From NCBI GenBank assembly GCA_951406725.2, contig OX597822.1:104470001-104534000 (forward strand): a DNA stretch of 64,000 nt. Reading direction: 5' to 3'. This document shows positions 50,286-63,300 of this stretch, piece by piece. A model generated the notes under the pieces. The model searched no databases. It had not been told where the DNA came from and saw only the letters and a program-made list of their open reading frames with translations. Positions within the stretch are counted from its first letter, which is position 1, and every line of letters begins with the position of its first letter. This stretch comes from Octopus vulgaris (taxonomy: Eukaryota). Position numbers and translations under genes: made by a program.

Positions 50286-52164
50286 TAAGATTTCCTAACT
50301 TGTTAACTACAGAGTCGCGCTGGAAAAAAAAGACCAAAACGATATCACTGTGTCTCTAATATTATTTTAACGACTCACACAATAATAACACAGCGAAGGA
50401 ATTTAATGCAGATTGTACTTCTGTTGACAAATAGAATCATTGTTATTTATTTATTGTTTTTAGCGTAAGTATACGTAGGTGTGTCTGTAGTTAAATAACA
50501 ATCTCCGTTGCATGTGTGTTTATAGATGATGATTTTAGTCTTTACTGTGTGGAACGATTTCTATAGACATGCAAACGGATGGTAAATAGATTCAGATAGA
50601 GTTATAGAAAGAAATGCTGGTAGATTGATAGAATAAATAAAAATATAATAAATATATATATATATTGCGGCATTTCCTGCGTGATGATGGAAATATGAAA
50701 TATGTTTGATGCAGTTTTATACTATGAAGTTATATTTTCATTATGGTTTTGGGGCTAGACGTAGTGATTATGTTGTTCGTCGTATTACGATAGTCACGCA
50801 TTCAATATAGGGACTGAGCAATCAGCCTTATGATGTGTAATGCGTATTAACCGGATGCTGTTGCCGCCCACTGGCTCTCTACCCAGCTGCTACATCGTGG
50901 ATAACCTGCTAGAGCAAGAGTGAGGGTACCTACGGAATGTCTACAGATGCTAGCAACTACATAAGTTGTTAAAAAATTAAGAAAACATTGTACACGTTGC
51001 TAAGACGTACAAACCCATACAAACTGAAAAGCGGTGAGCAGGGAAATCGTTGGAGCGTCTGGAAATGACTTGTGATATCGTTTTGGTTCTTTATATTCCG
51101 AGTCCAAATCCTGCCAAGGTCAACGTTGCCGTACGTCATTTCGAGATCGATAAAATAAAGTAGCATTGAAGTACTGGTGTTGATATTGAGTAACTCGTGC
51201 TTCTTAAGCGTTTGACTTTGTGTCTTAATTAGAAAGTATCATATCCAACTATAGAGCTTACAAAGACATCAACGAATTTTCATAAATTTAACATCAAAGT
51301 AATCACATACCTAATCATTCTTAACACGTTCCGACAGAATCGAATGTAAATTTTCACTGATTTCTGTGTACGTTGACGATTTATTATGGGTTTTGCATTC
51401 ATCAGAATGCATCAGCAAATAAATTTTTGCTGATACCTTTAAGCAAGAGCTACAATTCATGTTTAGTTTCTTTTATCCAAGTTACCTTCGACTGAAGAAA
51501 ACAAGCAGATAAAAAAACCGCGGTGATTTGATGTCCCTTTACTTGAATGAATCGAATGTGTTTTGAAAACACATGGTCAGAAAAAAGTCCTCTCTAGACA
51601 AAATACAACGATTAGCATATCCAGTTTGTATGTATAATCAGGAAACAGTTTTCCTTAAAAAATATGGAACATATTTTGATAAGACAGAAGACATACTCTT
51701 CAACTAACCCATTAAAAATAGATATAATAATTACATACCTGAATTTTAAAGCAAAATCATATATTTTTGTAATATATATATATATTAAAAAAATATAGGT
51801 GAATCATTATGCGGATCGCTAGAAACTGGTAGTAGAAATAAAAGTCAAGTAACATATTAAGAATTTCTGATGGAGACGATCAATAAAAGAAACGCTATGA
51901 ACTAGCATAAGATTGAAAGCAAGGAAGCCAAAGAAAACATCACCAAGCACTAATAATTATAACGTGAAGATAATTATCGTCTTGCTAAGTGGAGTCCATT
52001 GCCAGCAAGTAAAAAGCGTCTTACAGTAAATGTAGGGTATAAAGTTCATCGTAATGGAAGGAGTCGTGTCACAATTATCTAAGGTCATTTATACTCATCA
52101 CTCCAGCTGACAGGACTATGTCTTTGCATATGGGTTTCTATATAAGTATATATTTGTACACGTA

Positions 52165-52221
<57 letters not shown>

Positions 52222-52409
52222 ACTGTAGGATAAAATTTTTTTGAAAAAAATTATTTTCCCAAAAAAATGTTATCAATGGCCAGCATATTAAAAAATACCT
52301 TTAAAGGTTAAAATCATAAACAATTCATAAATAAGGGCAAGCGAAAAAATTTCTAATGCCAGAATATGCCGAAAAATTGGACATATTGTCCATTAACCAT
52401 ATATATTAA

Positions 52410-52463
<54 letters not shown>

Positions 52464-52466
<3 letters not shown>

Positions 52467-52705
52467 TGTAAAATAATATGTGACAATTATTCGGTAGCCA
52501 AGAAACTCTGAGTTTCGGATGCCGAGTTGGAAATCCACCCTACCACCATCTCTTCGGTTATCTGGCCACCTCGGCATCCAAAACTCAGAGTTTTTAACTT
52601 GGCTACCGAATAATTGTCACATATTATTTTACAGATAAATTTCCTCTATTTACATAATATTGAGGTCTCTTTATTTCTTTTGTTATCTTACCGTTTTTAC
52701 CAATA
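52464..52705. mobile_element. (TA)n-embedded module with inverted partial duplication and degenerate hammerhead (minus strand, ~52497-52567)
   Basis: 52464-52525 is inverted against 52570-52636. Homologous to 24405-24590. Minus-strand core reads CCGAAGA..GAUG/CAUC..GAAACUCAGAGUU. Confidence 0.65.
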
Positions 52706-52724
52706 TATATATATACATATATAT

Positions 52725-53830
52725 AGGATGGTAGGACTAAAGTTTGATGGTTTGCATAAAAAGAAAGGAAAATATAGTACCCCATCCAAAAATGAAGTAT
52801 TTTGATAAATTGAAAAAAAAAAGCAATTAGATTGTGGCTGAGAGATAACAGTTTATTCAAAGTAGCTGCCCTCAAATTCTACCATAGCTAGAAGATGGCT
52901 CTGGAGCCTGGCGAATGTCTCTCAATCGCGTCCCACTCATGCGATTACAACAGGGGGAATTAGGGGACCAGATATTGAGCCCGGTGAGGTCGTAAAATTT
53001 CTCCGACAACCACTTCTGGCTCTTTGCGGAGGTAAAGCAAGGAGCCGAATACTGTTGTTATACATAGTTTCTCAGCAGCAACTATCTCCCGCTAACTATT
53101 GACCAGTGTCCAGCATCTTCACATAACTGTCTAAATTAGCCTAAGACCCTGTTTAATGATTTGGAGCAGTATGACGTCACCCTCACTGGCGAAACACACA
53201 AATCCCATTAAATCTTCGAAGATATCTTCGACTGAAGAGGCAAGCAGATCAAAAAACCGCGGTGATTTGATGTCCCTTTACTTGAATGAATCGAATGTGT
53301 TTTGAAAACACATGGTCAGAAAAAAGTCCTCTGTAGACAAAATACAACGATTAGCATATCCAGTTTGTATGTATAATCCGGAAATAGTTTTCCTTAAAAA
53401 ATATGGAACAGATTTTGATAATACAGAAGAAATACTCTTCAACGCACCCATTAAAAAAAAGATAAATAATTACATACCTATTATTTTGAGTGTTGTGGAA
53501 CTGATTCTGGCAGACGTTCGTTTTATCTCAGAAGAACCAGATCGCCCCTGGCTCAACAGGATGCCTCGGCTTGCTTAGGAGTTTGTTTGTCTTCGTCAAG
53601 CGGTTCTCCTTGGATCCGGTTGCCAGAATTTGTCCATTGTACCTCTTATATTAGTGGTAGCTTTATAGTGGCGATACCAACCCAACTTTGTTTTGCCAAA
53701 ACTCGGATTCCCTTACTTGGATATTCCATCCCCTTCTCTTGCAGGTGTTGGTTGAACTCCAGCGGGAAGAAGCAATCAGAACGCTTGCCTTGTCCCTTCC
53801 TGCTGGCCTCATCTTCATAGCCTCATTTGC
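52725..53830 (-). mobile_element. Decayed maT(DD37D)-like Tc1/mariner transposon with an internal foreign insertion
   Basis: Minus strand reads IWFF*DKTNVCQNQFHNTQN, FASEGDV, QQYSAPCFTSAKSQKWLSEKF..IWSPNSP and MVEFEGSYFE*. Related to 32420-33106. Confidence 0.72.
53226..53479 (+). repeat. Local ~255-bp duplicate of 51486-51740
   Basis: Highly similar direct copy (CTTCGACTGAAG...TTACATACCT) located 1.74 kb from its source. Confidence 0.92.
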
Positions 53831-54155
53831 AGTTGTCTATGTCACATCTTATTGCCCTTACCGCGATAACACAATATTGAGCAGTAGTCAATGATGTCAG
53901 TACTTTGATACCCGGTGCTAATCATCATGATACAAGTAGCTCTTTCCAATATTCGAATGACTTCCAGTCCTCCTAGTCAGCTAACGTTTTGTCAAGTACA
54001 TCTTTAATATTTATTCTCTCCAACATCTTTGACTTCGTTCACCAATACATCAAACAGTTCCAAAAAAAATATATGTATATAGATATATATAAAAATTGTT
54101 AACTGTAACCCCAAACTACTAGTTGTATATATATATATATATATATATATATACA

Positions 54156-54612
54156 ACTATAAATTAAGGTATCTGAGAGATACCTATTTCTTTATTACCC
54201 ACAAGGGGCAAAACACAGAGGGGACAAACAAGGACAGACATAGGTATTAAGTCGATTACATCGACCCCAGTGCGTAACTGGTACTTAATTTATCGACCCC
54301 GAAAGGATGAAAGGCAAAGTCGACAAAGTAACGCAGACGAAATACCGCTAAGCATTTCGCCCGGCGTGCTAACGTTTCTGCCAGCTCACCGAGATACCAC
54401 CATGCTGAAATAGCAGTCAAGACCCTGACCCTAAAAACCACCTTAAATGTCCATATCACGCCAGGAGAGAAGACAGAGAGACAAAACAAACTAGCAAAAA
54501 ATATTTTACTTCTCTCCTGGCGTGATATGGACATTTAAGGTGGTTTTTAGGGTCAGGATTTTGACTGCTATTTCAGCATGGTCGTATCTCTCAGATACCC
54601 TAATTTATAGTT
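54156..54612. repeat. Long near-perfect hairpin (~105-bp arms, ~35-bp loop) in (TA)n, left arm split by a SINE B insertion
   Basis: 54156-54184 plus 54399-54471 is inverted against 54509-54612. The SINE at 54185-54390 is flanked by TSD GAGATACC. Confidence 0.85.
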
Positions 54613-54692
54613 TTAAATAATTATTACCTTTGTATGGTATTTATTCCCATGCTGGCCACTTGATAAGATCGATATCTAAATATCGATATTAT

Positions 54693-54750
<58 letters not shown>

Positions 54751-54903
54751 AAATTAAATAAGGATAGAAATCGATATTAATCAATTAAAACCAGTGGCCT
54801 AGCAAATTTTAAAAAAATCCGAAGATTAAAAATTTAATACATACAAAATTTAGCGATGACCACTAATAGTGTCCACTATTAGTCGTCATTCCTCTAAATT
54901 TTG

Positions 54904-54941
<38 letters not shown>

Positions 54942-54946
<5 letters not shown>

Positions 54947-55960
54947 GTGAAAAGGAACACACGACTTGATATATATGAAAAACAAGTCAAAATAGAAAAT
55001 GCTAAAATAATTTTATAAAGAGCATTTCAGTACCGGTTTCGGTCATTTTGAGACCTTTTCAACTGTAATGAGAGAATAATTAAATTTAGAAAAATTAAAA
55101 GAAAAGTTTTTTTAAAGGAATATTTGTATAGTGTTCAAATATAAGTGGCATTCTGCCTTTCTCTGTCTCCCTTGTTTGCACTTGTGTGTTCGAGGCCGTT
55201 GGGAATTCTTGGTAGGGTAGAAGAAGAAGGTTGATGAGGAGAGGGGGTGCAAAAATTTGGGAATGCCTTGATGGTCGTATTTTGAATGGTCAGTGACGGC
55301 TAGCAGTTGCAGTTCAATTCAGGAGAATATTTCTATTGAAAGGTTTGTTTATGGAATTTGCGTAGGTGTTATACTAAAAAGCATTAGTGATAAAGTTAAG
55401 AGGTAGAAGGTGGAGCAGAAGAAGAAGAAGAAGAAGAAGAAGAAGAAGAAGAAGAAGAAGAAGAAGAAGAAGAAGATGACGATGTTGTTGATGATGATGA
55501 TGATGATGAAGAAGAAGAAGAAGAAGAAGAAGGAGAAGAAGAAGATGATGATGATGGTGATGACGATGATGATGATGATAATGATGATGATGAAGAAGAA
55601 GAGGAAGAAGAAGAAAAAAGAGAAGGGAGAATATGAATGAGTGGAAGTAGTGAGGTGTTGTATGACTTGAAGTTGGCACGTTATGGATTATAGCTGTGAT
55701 TGGGGCTGATTTGTAATGGATTCTTTGGAATGTAATATTTGCGTGTGTATTTCTGTTATTCTAAAGCTGAGGTGTATTAATCGTTTGTCGTAGACCCGTT
55801 AAGAAGTGGCCTGTATTTTGTAATAAAGAGAGTTTCTTTACTTATTCGTTGTCTCGATGTTGTATCGTCCCTAAATTGGTAGAGGGGGAAAATCCTGAAG
55901 CCTGGTGTTTTGTTGTTGGAGCAAGTATCTATGTGTTGGCTAAAAGCTATTTTTCTGTTA
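54942..55960 (-). mobile_element. Penelope-like element 3' remnant (GIY-YIG C-terminus + UTR/pLTR with hammerhead)
   Basis: RKIAFSQHIDTC..FRIFPLYQF..RISKETLFITKYRPLLN resembles Penelope GIY-YIG ends (E..FI....P.LN). A hammerhead lies downstream on the same strand. TA-rich tracts bound both ends. Confidence 0.7.
55028..55065 (-). ncRNA. Minimal type I hammerhead with compensated U3:A8 core
   Basis: CAG-UUGAAAA-GGUC-UCAAAAU-GACC-GAAA-CCGG-UA-CUG. All three stems are intact, and C3:G8 is replaced by U3:A8. Confidence 0.68.
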
Positions 55961-58002
55961 ATATAATATATAATAATATAATATATATAATTTGAGGTCC
56001 CTTCAACTGCTCCTTTAACTTTTATGGTCTTCCACACCCTTGAATGTTCGCCAATACATTAAACTGTTCCTGAAAAAAGGACACATAAAATTCTAATAGT
56101 CCATAATAGAGTAGTACATGGAATGGAAGCAAAGTTTATACATCTATATTGTGATAATGACTTGTAGGGACACCGTCTTTCGTTGTGCATCCATAATATG
56201 AAACAAAGTACATTACACGCTTTATACATTAAAATTGTGTCCTACAGTGTTAGCAGTGTTATTAAATCACTTGTTAAGGTTGTCGCTACAGAAATTATAG
56301 CCAGCACTGATTTGTTACGACCTCCTAACAAATCAGTACAGGTTGTAATCTTTATAGAAAACCTATAGATATAACCTTAACAAGCTATATCGTAATAATC
56401 TGGCTTTCTGTCTTATCAATTTCTGTCTTATTGAATTCTTTCTGAGATCATTTGGCAATTCCTTCGTCTGTACAGTCTTTTGTTTCATCATTATATGTTG
56501 ATTATATTTGAATTTTCTCGTTATCTTCATCGTATTTCTGGCTTTCTTTGTACTTCTGCGCATTAAGAGATCACAGCTCCGGCACTACAGACACGTCATT
56601 AGAATGTCGTAGAAAAGAATCGTGAGACAGGTTCTATAAGCCAAGACAACCAAGAATAATAATATCCATAGTCTCTGTTGGTTACGCTTTAAAATCCGCA
56701 AAATTTAATGGCGGTCACCTCTGGAAGGACTGAAAGAAGTTTCTATCTGTGCAATCCTTTCAGGGATAATGGACGAAGATAGATGGATGGACATTTAGAT
56801 TATCTCCCCTTACGAAAATTATTTTATTCCTTTATTGTTTTATTTATTTCAGTCACTTGAGTACGGCCATGCTGGAGTACTTCCTTTAGTCGAACAAACT
56901 GACCCCACCCCCCAGGACTTATTCTTTGTAAGCCTAGTAATTATTCTATCGCTAAGTTACGGAGACGTAAACACGCCAACATCTTTTGTCAAGTGATGGT
57001 TGGGGATAAATCCAGTCACACAAACATACGCACACGCACACACACACACATACACACACACAAACACACAAACACACACACATACACACATACACACACA
57101 CACACACACAAACATATCTTCGAAGACCTTGATCACATATGTTAAATAAAAAACAACAACGAGGATTAATTCCTAAGAAAGATATCTCAATGTAGTTTTA
57201 AGCAATTTCATTGAATTCTTTTATAAAACATTTTGCAATAAGGTTTCATTGACCTGCTTATTTACGGGGTTTCTTCTTCTCAGAGGTTTTTTTCCCTTTA
57301 TTCTTTTATTTTTAAGAGTTTATTCATTGTATCGACTTTAAGAGTGCGTGTTTCTTTTGCACTAAGCTCTAATAAACTTTATTTGCTTGCGTGAGAATAA
57401 GATAAATGCTGATTAAGATTTATATCTTCTTACTCCTCTATTTCACTATATAATGTCAAATATTTATCATTAACTGTTTACACTTGCTAAGCGATACTGA
57501 GTGCCATAGACTCAGTATAGCTGAGCGTTATACCTGAGTGCCATAGACAAAAAACAAGTATTTGGCAAGATAGTTTTAAAAATTTACATCTTTCCTACAA
57601 TACAAATGCACTTAAGAAAAGCATAGGCTTCGAACAGTCACATAAAACATTTAATATCTAGATGAAGTAATACAGTGGATCAGCAAAATCGCAATCTTGG
57701 GCCTCCATAAGCCAAGAGAATATTGAGGGACATTTTGAAATGAGCAAAATATAAACTTCATTCACCATAAATATTGAAAGTATGGAAGCTGATTTATTAT
57801 TTTGTTGAAATAACAAGACGGTTAGTCAGTCAAAACATTTGTTTCGAACTCAATAAGCAATGGAAGTGTAGAAGGACATTAAATATTTAGCTGAAATAAT
57901 AAATTAGTCTTCAAAAACAGAACACAATTTAATGATTAAAAAACGAATATAATGACCTGCTAATACTGTGCTAAATTAAGAGCTTAAATATAAAGCAGCT
58001 AC

Positions 58003-58135
58003 GAGTGGTTATGTGGTAAGAAGCTTGCTTCCCAGCCATATGGTCCCAGGTTCAGTCCTACTGCGTGGTACCTTAAGCAATTCTTTTCTACTATAGCCTC
58101 TGGTCGACTAAAGCCTTGTGAATGGATTTGGTAAC
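58003..58135 (+). mobile_element. SINE family C 5' part, followed by (TA)n with inserted modules
   Basis: GAGTGGTTATGTGGTAAGAAGCTTGC..GTTCAGTCC..GCCTTGTGAATGGATTTGGTA, then (TA)n. Confidence 0.75.
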
Positions 58136-58139
58136 AAAA

Positions 58140-58187
<48 letters not shown>

Positions 58188-58532
58188 AGATAAGAAAATG
58201 GAGAAATACATCTAAATCAAATATCAATTATCAGATAATACTCAATCACATACTTTATTAAACCACCACATAAGAGACTGTAGAGTTAAACATAAAGAAG
58301 CAGAACAAATCAGTGTACATAAAAAAGTGTACATAAAAGAGTAATGTTGTATAATAAGTAGAATATATATAAAAAAGAGAATATAAATATAAGTAAATAT
58401 AAATATAAGTATAGATTACATCTTACAGCTGTTTCGGCCATGTAGATATTAACTCTGTTGGGTACTTCACTAGCAGTATATTGGATATATGTTATCCCAT
58501 GGAGGGTTGCATTTACAACCCCTATCTCAATT

Positions 58533-58584
<52 letters not shown>

Positions 58585-58639
58585 ATCCAAACATGAAAAC
58601 CAAAGAGAAAACACAACGTCGGCCTGATATTTTCATTGA

Positions 58640-58995
58640 ATAAGAGAGACAAATGCCGTCAGATCATTGATGTACCAAACCAAATGACATGAATGTTGTG
58701 AGTAAATAGGCTGAAAATATATCACCAATTACTCCGAATTGAAATGGAAATGACAAGACTGTAAGGAATGTGGGAGGTATTATAAAAAGCGATACCAGTG
58801 GTGATTGGATCGTTGGGCTCAATCCCATTGAAACTTCAAGACTTCTTAAGGCAACTGGAAATCCCATGCATGATTGATGTCTTGTAAAAAGCAGCCTTAC
58901 TGGGCACAGCGCACTTCTTACGGCAAGTACTATCTGACTGAGGTCCTTGTTGTGACTTGACAGATGCATTTTTAGCTACACTGTGTTACGAAGGA
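58640..58995 (+). mobile_element. R4/Dong-like 3' end
   Basis: IPVVIGSLGSIPLKLQDFLRQLEIP..L*KAALLGTAHFLRQVLSD*, then a UTR and (AAT)n. Confidence 0.75.
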
Positions 58996-59045
58996 ATAAT
59001 AATGATAATAATAATAGTATTAATAGTAATGATAATAAAAATAAA

Positions 59046-59092
<47 letters not shown>

Positions 59093-59182
59093 TAATAATA
59101 ATAATAAGAAGAAGAATAGTGATAATATTAATAATGATAATAATGACCATAATAATGATAAAAACAATAATAATATTGTTAC

Positions 59183-59222
<40 letters not shown>

Positions 59223-59248
59223 TATTATTATTATTATTATTATAATCA

Positions 59249-59345
<97 letters not shown>

Positions 59346-59347
<2 letters not shown>

Positions 59348-59965
59348 CAGAAAGAATACTGAAGGCCTAATCATCGCTGCCTAGGACCAGGCATTGAATA
59401 GCAGCTCAGTGAAAAAGAATATATAACACACAAGTACAACGGACCTCCATAGAATGTGTGGGGAGGGGGAATCAAAAGCGTGACTCACATTGTTAGCGCT
59501 GGTGAAAATTTTGCACAGAAAGTGTACAAGCGTAGACACTTTCTGTACAAGTGTACAAGCGTAGCCCCAAACCTCCATTGGCTACTGTGCCGTAAGTATG
59601 GGTATGGGGTTACGTGTGCTTGGTACCAACATACACCGGAAAAGGAAATGGATGAAAATGGTAAGGCCTCCGGGACTTTGATGTCCAGTCAGGCAAAATA
59701 TTAGAGCACTGAAGGCCGGGTATAGTAACCTTTAAGAGGGACAACCAAGAGTGCCTAATAATTGACGTGGCAGTGCCAGGAGATGAATATATATTCTATA
59801 GAAGAAAGAGAAAAGGTTAGCAAATATGGAGACCTGAGAATTGAGATCACTAAGCTGTGGCAGCTACGAGAGTCAAACTTAAGTTTATCTCTTTTGTCTG
59901 AAAAAACATCTGGTAATTTTAGAAATACCCTACAATCAAGGTGTATTGTAAAAGTCAGTATTAGC
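59346..59965 (+). mobile_element. R4/Dong-like zinc knuckle/REL fragment
   Basis: EGLIIAA*DQAL, THIVSA, LHWLLCRKYG, WYQHTPE, CLIIDVAVPGD and EKVSKYGDLRIEITKLW, with frameshifts. Begins in (AAT)n. Confidence 0.78.
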
Positions 59966-59967
59966 AA

Positions 59968-60200
59968 GGCGGCGAGCTGGCAAAAACGTTAGCACGCTGG
60001 GCGAAATGCGTAGCCGTATTTCGTCTGCCGCTACGTTCTGAGTTCAAATTCCACCGAGGTCGACTTTGCCTTTCATCCTTTCGGGGTCGATAAATTAAGT
60101 ACCAGTTACGCACTGGGGTCGATATAATCGACTTAATCCGTTTGTCTGTCCTTGTTTGTCCTCTCTGTGTTTAGCTCCTTGTGGGTAGTAAAGAAAAAAA
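59968..60200 (+). mobile_element. SINE family B, full length
   Basis: Canonical head, central block and tail. Flanked by AAAGTC(A/G)GTATTAG direct repeats. Confidence 0.88.
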
Positions 60201-60424
60201 AGTCGGTATTAGTTAGAACTGCATGCATATTGCGTAAAGATTTTACTTTTTATTATTTGCATAATAGTCCTTTCTTTTCTTTTCTTGTTGTGACTTGACA
60301 AACAGTACAAACCCCGGTAGACACAATATCTTCAATGAACAACCTCACGATATTATATACTGTGCGACGTTTATCATAATAGTAATACTAATAACGATAA
60401 CAATAACCACAACAACTACAATAT

Positions 60425-61010
60425 TAGGCACGACAAGGTTGTACAAGCCTTACACTGGAAACTGTACCAGAAATGGGGATTGGAAGCTGAATACACATGG
60501 TAGAAACATCGAGTCAACGAGTACTAAAGTCGGGGAAGTGTAACATTTTTGTGGGACTTTCCTATTCAAATGGACAAGAAGTTAGAAAATGATAAACCAG
60601 ATAAAATGATTATAGATAAGGAAAAGCAAAGCTGCTTAATTATCGATCCATCATGCTCGTTTGATTCCAGGATCGTAAAGAAAAAGGAAGAGAGAAAAAA
60701 AAAACGCAATCTTTCAAAATTTGAAATAGGAAGAATTTGGAGCATGCAAACAGTAATGGTCGTGCTCATAATAATTGGTACGTTGGGAACAGTAAGCAAA
60801 GTTATAGACAACTGGCTGAAGGAGATTGAAATAGAATACCCGGTAAAGGTCCTGCAGAAAGTTTGTCTCTTAGGGACAGTAAGGATTACGAGGAGGGTTC
60901 TAAGCAGTTGAAAGACTGCTGAAAATTTGTGGATACCTTAGGTTACAGGTAAAAACCTGCTACCCTCATAAATCCTATCAGGAATAAGACCAAATCTGAG
61001 CTAACTCAAA
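60425..61010 (+). mobile_element. R4/Dong-like REL endonuclease 3' fragment
   Basis: RHDKVVQALHWKL..WDFPIQMDK..KPD..CLIID..IIGTLG..LQKVCLLGTVRITRRVLSS*, then a UTR and AAT repeats. Confidence 0.8.
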
Positions 61011-61031
61011 ATAATAACAGTAATAGTAATA

Positions 61032-61490
61032 ATGATTTACTTATTAACCACAAAGGGTTTACATTTAAGAAAACATTATGGACAATACTGGACAAAACAA
61101 AGAATGTGTGTGTATGTGTGTTATTGTTATGGTTTTGCGTGTAAACAAGATTAACATAATAGGGGGAAAATTCAACGTGTAGTCCTCAATTAGGAGGAGA
61201 CGTTCGAGAGTTGCTCATGGAAAAATCCCATAAAACTAAGGGTGCTTTAACTTTTGGTGCAGTTACCTTGTCTCCCCTTTTCTCCAATTACAGGTGTATA
61301 ATCAGGGCAAGCCCGTTCACTTGCACCATTCCCGTCACATTCATCCGCCTTTCAACAAGCTGGTTAGAAGACAACACTTCTCTCTACCCTTATTTCCATC
61401 TTCAGGTGAAGCTTGAAGAAACTGATCAACAAGTGGCCAAAGAGAAAAGTTTTAGCCTTCAGCTCTTTTAATCTTGTCCACCATATAACC
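61032..61490 (-). mobile_element. Decayed LINE 3' end, L1/Tx1-like (tentative)
   Basis: Minus strand reads LLISFFKLHLKMEIRVER..LSSNQLVERRMNV..VNG..L*, followed by a UTR ending TGTAAACCCTTTGTGGTTAATAAGTAAAT. The clade call is from memory of similar C-termini. Confidence 0.45.
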
Positions 61491-61496
61491 TCTTTC

Positions 61497-61698
61497 GCCC
61501 TCGAGCGAGATGGGCTACTCGGTGTGAAGAAAATTCATGCGCAGTTTATCTTGATATGAGATCTCCAAGTTACTCACATATGATTGTGATGTATGTGCCT
61601 GGTATAACCTTACCAAACGAGTAGTCATGATGGGTATATTGGACTTCGCATATTTGTACCCCAGTGTCACTTTAATGACATGCATTGCTGTTTCACTC
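61497..61698 (+). mobile_element. Repeat family D, short 3' copy
   Basis: Matches the last ~200 bp of 30491-31037. Confidence 0.7.
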
Positions 61699-61709
61699 AA
61701 CGATAATAT

Positions 61710-61750
<41 letters not shown>

Positions 61751-61933
61751 ATAATACTTTCTGCCATAGACACAAGGTTTGAATTTTCGTGGGAGGGTGC
61801 GAGTACGACCCCATAAAGATGAAAGTCAAAGTTGGCCTCGGCGGAATTTTAACTCAGAATGTGTATCTCGACGAAATGCTTCTAAGCATTTTGTCCGTTG
61901 CGGTAACGATTGCGCCAGTTCGCCGCCTCTCTT

Positions 61934-62490
<557 letters not shown>

Positions 62491-62519
62491 ATTATTATTA
62501 TTATAATGATAATAATAAT

Positions 62520-62660
62520 AGCGAGACTGTATGGAATGCGAGAGGGTAATGTAAGAGTGATGTCACTGGTGACTTTGAAACGTCAAGACTTCTTAAGGCA
62601 ACTGGAAACCCCATGTAAGATTGATATCTTGCAAAGAGCAGCCTTACTGGGTGCAACGTA
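62520..62660 (+). mobile_element. R4/Dong-like C-terminal fragment
   Basis: QDFLRQLETPCKIDILQRAALLG, homologous to 58830-58910. Confidence 0.7.
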
Positions 62661-62716
<56 letters not shown>

Positions 62717-63244
62717 ATAATAATAATAATAATGATAATATTTTTTTCATATCTGATGCTATCTCTGAATTGTAATGGTGAAAAGTGCTCTTAGTAAGTA
62801 ACACATATTAGATGTTCTCTCCACCAACCATTAGCAGCTTAGATAATAGATATTTTGCTTTCTTGACGTAGTTGGTAATGTTATCTTTAAATACAGGGCA
62901 ATATTTCCGATTCAAGAACCCTCAAGATTTTACGTTTTTATTATTTGCATAATAGTCCTTTCTTTTCGTTTCTTTATTTCCATCAATCAAGCGTAAAATA
63001 CAATATTTGTCTGATTTGAATGAGGGGAAAATTTCTTGAAAAAGCAGAGGAAATAAAATCTCGTAGCTCGTTGAATTCTTTAGATGCCATTTTAAATTTA
63101 AGGAAACCATCAATAACAATATAATGGGAGTATAAATATGCATATAAGACTATAGAAGTCTTGAGTATCGCATCTCTGATTTTCAATTGAAAAATTGGAA
63201 CGATTTGCATGTCTTCGAAGTATGCTTTAATGAATTCATACATG

Positions 63245-63300
<56 letters not shown>

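Noticed and set aside
55374-55679. Poly-Lys/Met and poly-His/Leu ORFs
   Set aside because: Translations of (GAA)n/(GAT)n microsatellites.
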